Shown here: positions 50,082 through 60,199 of the stretch, piece after piece
How the letters are laid out: each line of letters begins with the position of its first letter
How positions within the stretch are numbered: position 1 is the first letter of the stretch
From: an uncultured SAR86 cluster bacterium
GTDB taxonomy: Bacteria; Pseudomonadota; Gammaproteobacteria; Magnimaribacterales; D2472
DNA length: 64,000 nucleotides
Reading direction: 5' to 3'
Assembly: GCA_902514105.1 (NCBI GenBank)
Contig: CABXPU010000003.1
Coordinates: 621 to 64,620 of the forward strand
Notes under the pieces: generated by a model
Seen by the model: the letters and a program-made list of their open reading frames with translations, nothing else
Told to the model about the DNA's origin: nothing
Databases searched by the model: none
Program-made: the position numbers and the translations under genes

Positions 50082-50129
50082 ACACTACATAGTGTAAGGT
50101 TAGAAGCCTATTAATACAACATATTGTGT
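50082..50129. promoter_or_regulatory. Tandem NrdR-box-like sites
   Basis: aCACTACATAGTGTa (core at 50083) and aTACAACATATTGTGt (core at 50115), 32 bp apart, directly upstream of scpA. Confidence 0.6.
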
Positions 50130-50271
50130 TTATTAATTATTTAATCTTTTTATAAAAAAAGAGTTTTTTAATTGTTTTGTTAATAAAAATAAAAATTATT
50201 TAAAATAAAAATAGATTAAACTTTTTAAATTCCTTAACTCTGCTTTAATATAAGCTCTCTTGTAGAAAATT

Positions 50272-51318
50272 ATGAATTATTTAACTGACAATACTAGGAT
50301 AATTGACAGAGTAGATGTCCCTACTCCTGCTGAAATTATCAATGAATTTCCTATAACGGATGATATATCCAGACTTGTTTATGGAACAAGAAATGAAATC
50401 AGTCAAATTCTTCATGGCAAAGACCACAGGGTTTTGATAGTTGCAGGCCCTTGCTCTATTCATGACACAACTTCAGCTATTGAATATGCACAATGGTTAA
50501 AAGAAGCAAAAGAGAGATATAGCAAGAATCTTCTCATTGTAATGCGTGTCTATTTCGAGAAACCCAGAACAACTGTTGGGTGGAAAGGTTTAATAAATGA
50601 TCCTGACATAGATGGGAGCTTTAATATCTCAAAAGGTATTAGGACCGCAAGAGAATTATTAATTAATATTGCTGAATTAGGCCTTCCGGCTGGAACAGAA
50701 TATTTAGACCCTATTAGCCCTCAATATGTTTCAGATCTAATTTCATGGGGAGCAATAGGAGCTAGAACTGCTGAAAGTCAGATACATAGAGAATTGGCTT
50801 CTGGGTTATCATGCCCAATAGGTATAAAGAATGGAACAAATGGCAATCTAAAGGTTGCAATTGATGGGATCCAGGCTGCCAACCATCCTCATGTCTTCTT
50901 ATCTACTACCAAAGAAGGTGAAGTAGCAGTTTTTAAAACATCAGGAAATATTGATAGTCATATCATATTAAGAGGAGGCAAGACGCCAAACTATGACTCC
51001 AAGTCTGTTTCTGAAACATTGACAGCTCTAACAGAGGCAGAGGTGAATGAATCAATTATGATTGATGCTAGTCATGGCAATAGCCAAAAAATATTTAAAA
51101 ATCAAATACCTGTTGTTTCATCTATATGCGAACAAATCCTTGAGGGGAATAAAAATATAAATGGGGTCATGATCGAAAGCAATCTGGTAGAAGGCAATCA
51201 AAAAATTTCTGATAATCTTGTATATGGTCAAAGCATCACAGATGCATGCATGAATCTTGCTGATATAGATGGATGCTTCCAGGAACTTGATTCTGCTGTA
51301 TCGAAAGGTCGAGGTTAA
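50272..51318 (+). CDS. aroG: DAHP synthase (class I-alpha)
   Basis: GPCSIHD, RVYFEKPRTTVGWKG, IGARTAESQIHRE, DASHGNS, SITDAC. Confidence 0.93.
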   Translation: MNYLTDNTRIIDRVDVPTPAEIINEFPITDDISRLVYGTRNEISQILHGKDHRVLIVAGPCSIHDTTSAIEYAQWLKEAKERYSKNLLIVMRVYFEKPRTTVGWKGLINDPDIDGSFNISKGIRTARELLINIAELGLPAGTEYLDPISPQYVSDLISWGAIGARTAESQIHRELASGLSCPIGIKNGTNGNLKVAIDGIQAANHPHVFLSTTKEGEVAVFKTSGNIDSHIILRGGKTPNYDSKSVSETLTALTEAEVNESIMIDASHGNSQKIFKNQIPVVSSICEQILEGNKNINGVMIESNLVEGNQKISDNLVYGQSITDACMNLADIDGCFQELDSAVSKGRG

Positions 51319-51324
51319 TGAGGA

Positions 51325-52131
51325 TTGAATAAAGAAAAAATATCATTTGAAAAAGAAGTTGCTGAAACTCTTGGAATAAATGCAGCAATAATACTAGAGC
51401 TTTATAAGTCCTTAAATTTCAAAAGTCATTTGCCTAAAGACAAATTATTAGAGTTAATACAATCTGAATGTCCTTTTATGGATAGAAAAGAGATAGAAAC
51501 TAGTTTTGAAAAACTTTTAAAAGTTAAGCTAATAAAAGCAGACCCAGGAAATTCTAACAAAAACTCAAAGAATACATTTAATGTTAAAGAGCCAAAAAAA
51601 AATAATGATGGCTCTAAAACAAAGATATCAAATTCATGGAGCCCTTCAAAAGAAACTGTTGAAGTTATAGAGCTGGGTGGTATTCAGCTAGATTTTGCTA
51701 AATCTAAGCTTAAAGAATTTAAGATATACTGGATGGAGAGAAGCCAAGCTAGAGATAATTGGAATATTCTTTTTATTGATTTTATTAGACGCGAGTGGGC
51801 TAAAGAGCATTCTTCTAATAAAGGTATGCCTTATTGTATGCACCAAGATTGGTCTCCTAATGAGGATGTATTCGAAGTTCTAAAGCTATCAGAAATTTCA
51901 AAAGAAAAAGCTTCAGATTATCTTAAAGAGTTTATAATTTATTGGGAAGAAAATGGAACTGCTCTTAAGTCGTGGAACTCTAAATTTATAGATTATGTTA
52001 AAAGAAAAGAGCTAAATCTTATATCAAAAAATGGCAAAGAAAATTACAGAAATAATGAACCTGGAAAATTCACGAAAGGTTTTACAGAGAGGAAAAGTGA
52101 TCAATCCTGGGCAAAAGAATTTAAATTCTAA
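51325..52131 (+). CDS. DnaT-like ssDNA-binding domain protein with two tandem domains
   Basis: Internal repeat W.P...EF..YW......WN..F...V/I.R (SWSPS..LKEFKIYW..DNWNILF and DWSPN..LKEFIIYW..KSWNSKF). Confidence 0.72.
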   Translation: MNKEKISFEKEVAETLGINAAIILELYKSLNFKSHLPKDKLLELIQSECPFMDRKEIETSFEKLLKVKLIKADPGNSNKNSKNTFNVKEPKKNNDGSKTKISNSWSPSKETVEVIELGGIQLDFAKSKLKEFKIYWMERSQARDNWNILFIDFIRREWAKEHSSNKGMPYCMHQDWSPNEDVFEVLKLSEISKEKASDYLKEFIIYWEENGTALKSWNSKFIDYVKRKELNLISKNGKENYRNNEPGKFTKGFTERKSDQSWAKEFKF

Positions 52132-52681
52132 AAAAATAGAAGATTATATAGATGCTATAGATAATCTATTCTTAAAGCTTGAGCTTGCCTACCATTATCA
52201 ATTTTATAAAGTTTTTGGTTCAGATAATAAATTAAATGAAGGCAAAAAATTATGGGCAAATAACCTTAAAAAATATGATATAGAGGTTATTAATAAAGCA
52301 TCTGAAGAAATAATTCATTCTCAACCATATTTTCCAACCCTAACAGATATCATAAAAGCTTGTGAAGAATCTAAAAAGAATAATGCTTTGCCTACTTCGG
52401 AAGAAGCTTTTATTGAAGCTCTTAAGTCATATTCTCCCAGAAGAGAATTTCCTTGGTCACATCCCATTGTGTATTTTGCAGGCAAAAAAACTGGCTGGAG
52501 TTCATTAAATGAAAAAGGTAGAAAAGAAATCTTTTATGATTTTAGAAGAAATTATGAACGTCTAATTGGATTATTGAATAAGGGTAAAAAGTTTTCTATA
52601 CCTAAGAATAAAACCACAGAAGAGCTTAAGCCGCTAAATCAAAAACTTTTTGCTAGCTTAAGAAAGAAGCATAATATATAG
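52097..52681 (+). CDS. Lambda replication protein P-like helicase loader
   Basis: LF..LELAYHYQFYKVF, KKLW, YFPTL, LP..EEAF.EA, WSHPIVYFAG..TGW. Probable GTG start at 52097 after GAGAGG; the ORF track starts at 52031. Confidence 0.72.
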   Translation: MINPGQKNLNSKKIEDYIDAIDNLFLKLELAYHYQFYKVFGSDNKLNEGKKLWANNLKKYDIEVINKASEEIIHSQPYFPTLTDIIKACEESKKNNALPTSEEAFIEALKSYSPRREFPWSHPIVYFAGKKTGWSSLNEKGRKEIFYDFRRNYERLIGLLNKGKKFSIPKNKTTEELKPLNQKLFASLRKKHNI

Positions 52682-52728
52682 ATTATAATAGGTGCTTTTT
52701 TAAAACTTAAAATATAATTAAGGAAATT

Positions 52729-53610
52729 ATGTCAAAAAATGTTCGCATATCTATATATATAATTGTGCCTCTAATTTTTTGGATGGTTTCTGGTGCTTTT
52801 GTTAAAGATGAGGTTATAGAGGAAGATAAGATAGCAGAAAAGACTGCTGTAGCCGTAGCTCAATCTTTTTCTGAACCATATAGGCCAGAAATATCATTAA
52901 AAGCAACAGCAACTTCAGAAAGAAGAGTAAACGTTAGAGCTAAAACTTCAGGTGAAGTGGTATCAATTGGAGCAAGACAGGGTGAATTTATTAAAAAAGA
53001 TTTTGTTCTATGTAGTCTTGGTGTTGTTGAGCTAAATAGGACAGAGGTAAAAGCCCCCTTCTCTGGTTATATTGAGAGTATAGTAAAACCAGGGAATTTT
53101 ATTGAAAGGGGTCAACTATGTGCAACTATTATTCAACTGGATCCTATTATTTTTATTGCAGAAGTTCCTGAAATAAACATTTCAAAAGTGAAAGTTGGGC
53201 AAAATGCAGACATGAAGCTTATTACAGGACAGAGGATTTCTGGAAAATTAACTTTTGTTTCTAAGAGCGCGTCTCCAGCTACAAAAACATTTAGAGTTGA
53301 AGTAGAAGTAAAAAATAAGGGTGGAGCTATTAGAGATGGTTTAACTGCTGATTTGGTGATTAAAACTAATCAAGTAAATGCCCATAAAATTTCTCCATCT
53401 ATACTAATTCTTGACGATGATGGAAGATTGGGTGTTAGAGTAGCTAATAATCAAAATGTTGTTGAGTTTTATCCCATAGAAATAGTACAAGATTCATCTG
53501 AAGGTTTAAGGGCAACCGGCATACCTGAAGGATCTAATATTATTATTCAAGGACAGGGCTTTGTTGAAAATGGTCAAGTAATAGAAATTTCTTCTTTAGA
53601 TAGATTATGA
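52729..53610 (+). CDS. RND efflux periplasmic adaptor subunit
   Basis: N-terminal anchor, VRAKTSGEV, KAPFSG, TKTFRVEV, GQGFV. Confidence 0.9.
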   Translation: MSKNVRISIYIIVPLIFWMVSGAFVKDEVIEEDKIAEKTAVAVAQSFSEPYRPEISLKATATSERRVNVRAKTSGEVVSIGARQGEFIKKDFVLCSLGVVELNRTEVKAPFSGYIESIVKPGNFIERGQLCATIIQLDPIIFIAEVPEINISKVKVGQNADMKLITGQRISGKLTFVSKSASPATKTFRVEVEVKNKGGAIRDGLTADLVIKTNQVNAHKISPSILILDDDGRLGVRVANNQNVVEFYPIEIVQDSSEGLRATGIPEGSNIIIQGQGFVENGQVIEISSLDRL

Positions 53611-56600
53611 CAAAAATAATTGATTTTGCATTATCAAAAGCAAAGACAACTTTGATGATTGCGGTTTTAATAATTTTTGCTGGGTCTAATGCTCGTCAAG
53701 AAATTCCGATAGCTGCCTCTCCAAATATTCAACTTCCTTTTGTAAGTGTTTCTGTATTTTTAGATGGAGCATCGCCCGCTGATGGCTCTAGATTAGTTAT
53801 AAAACCATTAGAAAATAGGTTATTAACAGTCCCTGGTGTTAAAAATATTTTTGCATCTAGCAGTCTATCTTACATAAGAATATTCCTTGAATTTGAAGTT
53901 GGTTATGACATAGATAAAGCATTGGTTGATACAAAACAAGCTGTTGAGGAGGTGAAATTTAATTTACCTAAAGAAGCTGAAGATCCTCAAATCAATGAAT
54001 ATAGCAATGCAAATTTTCCTGTAATGAATTTAAGTGTTATAGGTAAAAGCTCTCTAAGGCAAAAAGTCTTCTATGCAAGAGAGCTCAAAGACAAAATAGA
54101 AGCAATTGAGGAAGTTTTAGAAACTGAAGTAATTGGTTCTCCTGATGAAGTCCTTGAAGGCATCATTAATAAATCAAAAATGGAGGCATACGGGGTTACA
54201 TTAACTGATTTATATTATTCGGTTGCAAATAACAATGTAATTATCCCTGGAGGTAAACAAGATACTGGACTTGGTAGCTTTATGATAGAAGTTCCTAGCG
54301 TTATTGAGTCAGCAGAAGATGTTTATAATATTCCTATTAAGGTTACCAAAGATGCGATTGTAACTTTAAGTGATGTAGCTAGCATAAGAAGGACATTTAA
54401 AGATTTTAAGTCCTATGCAAGAGTTAATGGAGAAGATGCGGTAACCCTTGAGGTAATGTTAAGAGAAGGTGCTAATGCAATTGATGCTGCAGAAAAAATT
54501 AATAAAGGGTTAGAAGAATTTAGAGCAACACTTCCTAAGAACCTTACGGTTGTTAAAACCAATGATGACACTGTTTGGTCAAAAATGATGGTTTCTGAAC
54601 TAAATGGCAATATTATTTCTGCTGTTGTGTTAATAATGATTCTTGTAGTTGCAAGTATGGGGTTCAGAGTCTCAATGCTTGTTGGTCTTTCAATACCTTT
54701 TTGCTTCTTGATGACTTATTTATCTTTGTATCTTCTGGGTTATGAAGTCAATTTCCTAGTTATGATGGGTCTTCTCCTTGGAATGGGAATGTTAATTGAT
54801 GGATCTATTGTTGTTACTGAGTATGCTGATAGAAAAATAAGTGAGGGCCTATCAAGACTTGAAGCATATAGACTTGCCTCAAAAAGGATGTTTACTCCTG
54901 TTTTAGCTTCCACAGCAACCACTATAGCTGCTTTTATTCCTTTAATTTTTTGGCCAGGTTTTACTGGCCAGTTTATGCGCTACCTCCCTGTTACTGTTAG
55001 TTTAGTTTTAGCGTCTTCATTATTTTATTCATTAATATTAATTCCTGTTTTAGGTTCATATTTTGGACAAAGTTCATCAAATTTAAAGTTAGGAAAAGAT
55101 AGTGATAAAGGTGGTGTAATTATTTTTGATAAATTTTCAGAATTTTATGGCAAGTTGACTAAAGTTTTTGTTAAGAATCCGGGGGAGACTATGATTCTAA
55201 CTTTAGCAATCTTATTTAGTATAGTTACAGCTTATAATTTTTATGGCAAAGGCACGGTGTATTTTGCAATTGTTGATCCAGTAAAAGCTCAAATTACAAT
55301 AAGAGGAAGGGGAAACTTTTCAGCGCTAGAATCAAAACAAATTATTGAAGATGTTGAAGAAAGACTTTTAAAAATAGATGAACTTGAAAGTATTTTTTTG
55401 AGATCTGGCTCGCCATGGTGGGAGTCTGGAGGAGATAAAATTGGCAGTGGTTATGTAGAGGTTGTTCCTCCCTCTGAACGAGATATAAGTGGTCTTGAGA
55501 TCATGGAATTAGTATCAAAAGTTACCCAAGGAATCCCAGGAATTATTGTTGAAGCAGAGGCTGATATGGGGGGACCCCAGTTTGATTCTCCAATTGAACT
55601 TGAAATTACTGGAGATATTGAATCAGAAGTTATGACAGCTGCTTTAATAGCAGAGGAATATATGAGAAATGAAGTAAAAGGTCTTACTAATATTTTTTCA
55701 AGCCAGCCCTACCCTTCGGTTGAATGGAGTGTTGAGGTTGATAAACAAAAAGCTGCTCAATTAGGTGTAAATGTTGGAGATGTTGGAGCGTTGGTTCAGA
55801 TGCTAACTTCAGGGTTTAAGGTTGGAGAGTTTAGACCTGATGATTCAAAAGATGAAGTAGAAATTAGAGTGAGATTCCCTTCTAAGGATAGAACCATAAC
55901 TGGAATAAATAACTTAAACGTAACTACAAAAAATGGATTAATACCTGTTAGTTCTTTTATAAAATTAACTCCAAAAGAAAATAGAGCAACAATTAATAGA
56001 AGAAATGGAAAATACGAACAAGAAATTGGTGCCTCGACCTTCGATGAGTCAGCTGTAGCAGAAAAAGTTGCTGAGATGCAGCAATGGATTGAAGCCCAAA
56101 ACTTTAGTAAAAGCGGTATAAATATGACATTTACTGGAATGCAGGAAGAAACAGAAGAAGTAAATAATTTTTTGGTTTTGGCCGGTATAACTGCATTATT
56201 TATTATGCTTATTTTGCTTTTAACGCAATTCAATAGCTTTTATCAATCTTTATTAATACTTTCAGCTGTATTTATGTCATTTGTTGGGGTTTTACTGGGT
56301 CTTTTAATAGCTAACAGGCCATTTAGTTCAACTATGACAGGAATTTCTATTGTTACTCTGGCAGGCATTGTTGTGAATAATAATATTGTTCTTATAGACA
56401 CTTTTAATAGACTTAAATTTGAATCACCAGAAACAGATAGACTGGAACTAATTAGAGCAACATGCAAGCAAAGATTAAGACCTATAATATTAACTTCTGC
56501 AACTACTATATTTGGCCTCTTGCCATTAGCAATGGGATTAAGTCTTGATCTACTTGGAAGAGACATCTCAATTGGCACCCGTATTGTAGATTGGTGGCAA

Positions 56601-56738
56601 AACCTAGCACTATCAATTGTTTTTGGTCTAGGTTTCAGTACTTTATTAACTCTAATATTTACTCCTGCTGCTCTTGCATTGCCTTATGTATTAAGAGAAA
56701 AATTTAATCAAAGAAATCTTGAAAAAGTAGAGGTCTAA
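53607..56738 (+). CDS. RND efflux permease (AcrB/AcrD/AcrF family)
   Basis: 1043 aa; GMLIDGSIVVTE, GIVVNNNIVLID, RLRPIILTSATT. Confidence 0.95.
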   Translation: MTKIIDFALSKAKTTLMIAVLIIFAGSNARQEIPIAASPNIQLPFVSVSVFLDGASPADGSRLVIKPLENRLLTVPGVKNIFASSSLSYIRIFLEFEVGYDIDKALVDTKQAVEEVKFNLPKEAEDPQINEYSNANFPVMNLSVIGKSSLRQKVFYARELKDKIEAIEEVLETEVIGSPDEVLEGIINKSKMEAYGVTLTDLYYSVANNNVIIPGGKQDTGLGSFMIEVPSVIESAEDVYNIPIKVTKDAIVTLSDVASIRRTFKDFKSYARVNGEDAVTLEVMLREGANAIDAAEKINKGLEEFRATLPKNLTVVKTNDDTVWSKMMVSELNGNIISAVVLIMILVVASMGFRVSMLVGLSIPFCFLMTYLSLYLLGYEVNFLVMMGLLLGMGMLIDGSIVVTEYADRKISEGLSRLEAYRLASKRMFTPVLASTATTIAAFIPLIFWPGFTGQFMRYLPVTVSLVLASSLFYSLILIPVLGSYFGQSSSNLKLGKDSDKGGVIIFDKFSEFYGKLTKVFVKNPGETMILTLAILFSIVTAYNFYGKGTVYFAIVDPVKAQITIRGRGNFSALESKQIIEDVEERLLKIDELESIFLRSGSPWWESGGDKIGSGYVEVVPPSERDISGLEIMELVSKVTQGIPGIIVEAEADMGGPQFDSPIELEITGDIESEVMTAALIAEEYMRNEVKGLTNIFSSQPYPSVEWSVEVDKQKAAQLGVNVGDVGALVQMLTSGFKVGEFRPDDSKDEVEIRVRFPSKDRTITGINNLNVTTKNGLIPVSSFIKLTPKENRATINRRNGKYEQEIGASTFDESAVAEKVAEMQQWIEAQNFSKSGINMTFTGMQEETEEVNNFLVLAGITALFIMLILLLTQFNSFYQSLLILSAVFMSFVGVLLGLLIANRPFSSTMTGISIVTLAGIVVNNNIVLIDTFNRLKFESPETDRLELIRATCKQRLRPIILTSATTIFGLLPLAMGLSLDLLGRDISIGTRIVDWWQNLALSIVFGLGFSTLLTLIFTPAALALPYVLREKFNQRNLEKVEV

Positions 56739-56773
56739 ATAAATTTTAGAAGAATACTAAGTTACAATTACTT

Positions 56774-56998
56774 ATGGCAAATAAAAAAGACCAAATTGAT
56801 TTTGAATCATCTCTAAAAAAGCTAGAAGGCATTGTTTCTAAGTTAGAAAATAATGATATAAATTTAGAAGATTCAGTTAGATCTTTTGAAGAAGGAATCA
56901 AATTAGTAAAAGATTGTCAAAAACAACTTAATGATGCTGAATTAAAGGTGCAAAAGTTGCTTGAAAATGGAAATATAGCTGACTTAGAAGATAAATAA
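56774..56998 (+). CDS. xseB: Exodeoxyribonuclease VII small subunit
   Basis: FESSLKKLEGIVSKLE...LEDS..FEEGIKL..CQKQL..AE. Confidence 0.95.
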   Translation: MANKKDQIDFESSLKKLEGIVSKLENNDINLEDSVRSFEEGIKLVKDCQKQLNDAELKVQKLLENGNIADLEDK

Positions 56999-56999
56999 A

Positions 57000-57881
57000 A
57001 TGTCTGCCAAGTTCTTAACTCGATCTAGAGAACTTATTCATAACAACCTATCAGGACTTATTAAATCTGAATCTTTAATTGATCAGGCTATGCGATATTC
57101 TGTTTTAACAGATAGCAAAGTAATAAGACCAGCTTTAGTATTAGCTTCAGGTAAATTAAATAGTAATTTAAGTGAAGCTAGTTTAATAAATCTTGCTTCT
57201 GCGGTGGAGCTTATTCATACATATTCGTTAATCCATGATGATCTACCAAGTATGGATAATGATGATTTTAGAAGAGGAAAGGAATCTAGTCACATTAAAT
57301 TTGGTGAAGCATATGCAATTCTTGCGGGTGATGCCTTGCACGATCTAGCATTTGAGTTAATTACATTAGATAAAGATATGAGTGACTCGGCTAAAGTTAA
57401 AGCTGTAAATATTTTATCCCGAGCATCTGGTTCATCTGGAATGGTTTTAGGTCAATATCTTGATATTGAATCAGAAAACAATAATAAAGCCATAGGCGAA
57501 AATGAAATTGAAAAAATACATTCTCTTAAAACTGGTAAATTAATCCAAGCATCGATTAATTTAGGCCAACTGGAGTCTTCACTAAGTGTTGAGAAGCAGT
57601 CAATTCTTTCAGAGTTTGGGTCTGCAATTGGGCTAGCATTTCAGATCCATGATGACATTTTGGATCAAGTTGGAGAGTCATCTATCCTAGGGAAATCAAC
57701 ACAATCTGATATAAAGAATTTTAAGCAGACATATATAACTGTTTTGGGAATAGAAAAGTCTAAGGTGGTAGCTAATAATTTGGCTACAAAGTCTATAAAA
57801 TTATTAGAAAATCTAAATCTTGATAAAGATATTGAAACTTTAAAAGAGCTTGCTGATTATATGGTAAATAGGAAAAGATAA
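57000..57881 (+). CDS. ispA: Farnesyl diphosphate synthase
   Basis: HTYSLIHDDLPSMDNDDFRRG, AGDAL, GQYLD, KTG, AFQIHDDILD. Confidence 0.94.
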   Translation: MSAKFLTRSRELIHNNLSGLIKSESLIDQAMRYSVLTDSKVIRPALVLASGKLNSNLSEASLINLASAVELIHTYSLIHDDLPSMDNDDFRRGKESSHIKFGEAYAILAGDALHDLAFELITLDKDMSDSAKVKAVNILSRASGSSGMVLGQYLDIESENNNKAIGENEIEKIHSLKTGKLIQASINLGQLESSLSVEKQSILSEFGSAIGLAFQIHDDILDQVGESSILGKSTQSDIKNFKQTYITVLGIEKSKVVANNLATKSIKLLENLNLDKDIETLKELADYMVNRKR

Positions 57882-57882
57882 A

Positions 57883-59754
57883 TTGAAAATATTTAATAAA
57901 ATACCTGAATCTCTGCCAATAACTCCCATATTGGATAAAGTAGAATTTCCTAAAGACATAAGATCATTTTCTAATGATGAATTAAAACAATTAGCTGATG
58001 AACTTAGAGAGTTTTTATTATATTCAGTTGGTGTATCAGGTGGCCACCTTGGAAGTGGTCTCGGGGTAATTGAGCTGACAATCGTATTACATTATCTATT
58101 TAATACTCCAGAGGATGACCTTGTTTGGGACGTTGGCCATCAAGCCTATCCTCACAAGATCCTTACTGGAAGAAAAAATATAATAAATACTGTTAGGCAA
58201 AAGGATGGCTTAGCTCCTTTTCCGGTTATAAAAGAAAGTGAATATGATGCATTCGGTGTTGGGCATTCGAGCACTTCTATTAGTGCTGCTCTTGGAATGG
58301 CCTTAGCGAATAAAAAATCTTTAGATAATAAACGAACTATTGCAGTTATTGGAGATGGAGCTATGACAGCTGGCATGGCTTTTGAAGGTTTGAGTCATAC
58401 AGGGCATGAAAAACCTAATATTCTAATTATTCTAAATGATAACGACATGTCTATTTCAGAGAATGTTGGCGGTTTATCTAATTATTTTTCAAGAATATGG
58501 GCTTCAAAGCTATATAAAGGTATAAGAAAAAGTGGTTCTAGTTTTTTAAAAAATCTTCCTAAGGCACATCATCTTGCAAGAAAAGTTGAAACACAAATGA
58601 AAGCAATGGTAGCTCCGGGTATGATTTTTGAAGAACTTGGACTTAACTATATTGGGCCAATTGACGGCCATAACATAGATGAGATGCTTGAAGTAATTGG
58701 TAACTTAAAAGAATTTGAGGGGCCTCAATTTCTTCATATTATTACTAAGAAAGGTGCTGGTCTCGATGCAGCAGAAGATGACCGTATAGCTTTTCATGCA
58801 ATTACTAAAATAAATGGCGAAGAATCTACCAAAAGTAAATCGCCAAAGTATCAAGATATATTTAGTAAATGGATTGTTGACACTGCCGAAAATGATACAA
58901 AATTAGTTGCTATTACGCCTGCAATGCGAGAGGGATCTGGATTAGTTGAGTTCAGCAAGAAATTCCCTGATAGGTATTATGATGTTGCTATCGCTGAGCA
59001 GCATGCTGTTACATTTGCAGCAGGTTTAGCTTGCAAGGGTAAAAAACCAGTTGTTGCCATCTACTCTACCTTCCTTCAAAGAGCATATGATCAATTAATT
59101 CATGACGTTGCAGTGCAAAACTTAGATGTAACATTTGCATTAGATAGAGCTGGTTTAGTGGGTGAAGATGGCCCAACTCATTCGGGAAATTATGATATTG
59201 CTTACTTAAGATGTATTCCTAATATTATTCTTATGACACCATCAGATGAAAATGAAACAAGAAAATTATTAACAACTGCATATAATTTTAAGGGACCTTC
59301 TGCAATTAGATACCCAAGAGGATCAGGTCCAAATGTTGATGTTAGTGAAGAATTAGCTCCCATTGCAATTGGAGAAGCTAAATTAATCAAAGAAGGAAAC
59401 AAAAATATAGTTCTCTTAAATTTTGGCGCTCTTCTTCATGAAGCTCGAATAGTTGCTGAAGATCTAGATCTCACTTTAATTGATATGAGGTTTGTGAAGC
59501 CACTTGATACAAAAATTCTAAAAAAATATTTACGTAATGCTCACATGTTTATCTCACTTGAAGATGGATCAATTTCAGGGGGCGCTGGAAGTGCTGTTCA
59601 AGAATTTTGCTCAGAAGAAAATATTATTATTAAATCTAAGTTACTAGGAATCCCAGATAAGTTTGTCGCTCATGGCTCAAGAGAGGATATGATAAGAGAT
59701 GCTGGTTTAGAAGCTAAACAAATAATAAAAACGTTAGAAACCATGCTGGAATGA
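57883..59754 (+). CDS. dxs: 1-deoxy-D-xylulose-5-phosphate synthase
   Basis: GGHLGSGLG, WDVGHQAYPHKILTGR, GDGAMTAG, IAEQHA, YSTFLQRAYDQ, IRYPRG. Confidence 0.97.
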   Translation: MKIFNKIPESLPITPILDKVEFPKDIRSFSNDELKQLADELREFLLYSVGVSGGHLGSGLGVIELTIVLHYLFNTPEDDLVWDVGHQAYPHKILTGRKNIINTVRQKDGLAPFPVIKESEYDAFGVGHSSTSISAALGMALANKKSLDNKRTIAVIGDGAMTAGMAFEGLSHTGHEKPNILIILNDNDMSISENVGGLSNYFSRIWASKLYKGIRKSGSSFLKNLPKAHHLARKVETQMKAMVAPGMIFEELGLNYIGPIDGHNIDEMLEVIGNLKEFEGPQFLHIITKKGAGLDAAEDDRIAFHAITKINGEESTKSKSPKYQDIFSKWIVDTAENDTKLVAITPAMREGSGLVEFSKKFPDRYYDVAIAEQHAVTFAAGLACKGKKPVVAIYSTFLQRAYDQLIHDVAVQNLDVTFALDRAGLVGEDGPTHSGNYDIAYLRCIPNIILMTPSDENETRKLLTTAYNFKGPSAIRYPRGSGPNVDVSEELAPIAIGEAKLIKEGNKNIVLLNFGALLHEARIVAEDLDLTLIDMRFVKPLDTKILKKYLRNAHMFISLEDGSISGGAGSAVQEFCSEENIIIKSKLLGIPDKFVAHGSREDMIRDAGLEAKQIIKTLETMLE

Positions 59755-60199
59755 TAGCCAAGATACCGGCTAATAAATCATCTAAAACTATACCAAATCC
59801 ATTTTTAATTTTTTGATCAAAATAAGAAATCGGGAATGGTTTCCAAATATCAAACAATCTAAAGAAAATGAATGCCATAAGTGCATATGAGGATCTAGAC
59901 ATTTGTGTTGATAGGTATAAAGCGGGCAACAAAGCCAACCACATCCCCGCAAGTTCATCAATAATAATTGATTTATGGTCTTTATCTATTAAATTTACTG
60001 AAGCTCTTTCACATATCCATATAGCAAAGAGAATAACTCCTACTGTTACAGGTATCATATTTATATAGTGAGATAAGTATATAAAAGACAAGAAAGCAAA
60101 TAAGGAACCAAAAGTCCCTGGTGCATATTTAATTTTACCAATACCACCTAATGTTGCAAAAAAATGTATTGGATTTTTAATATCTGGAAAATTATTCAT
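59714..60199 (-). CDS. pgpA: Phosphatidylglycerophosphatase A
   Basis: APGTFGS, IIIDELAG, FRLFDIWKPFPI, GIVLDDLLAG. Confidence 0.95.
   Translation of the reverse strand: MNNFPDIKNPIHFFATLGGIGKIKYAPGTFGSLFAFLSFIYLSHYINMIPVTVGVILFAIWICERASVNLIDKDHKSIIIDELAGMWLALLPALYLSTQMSRSSYALMAFIFFRLFDIWKPFPISYFDQKIKNGFGIVLDDLLAGILAIIPAWFLTFLLFV

Noticed and set aside
51325-52681. Prophage remnant
   Set aside because: No integrase, repressor or structural genes; intact ORFs tightly packed among core genes
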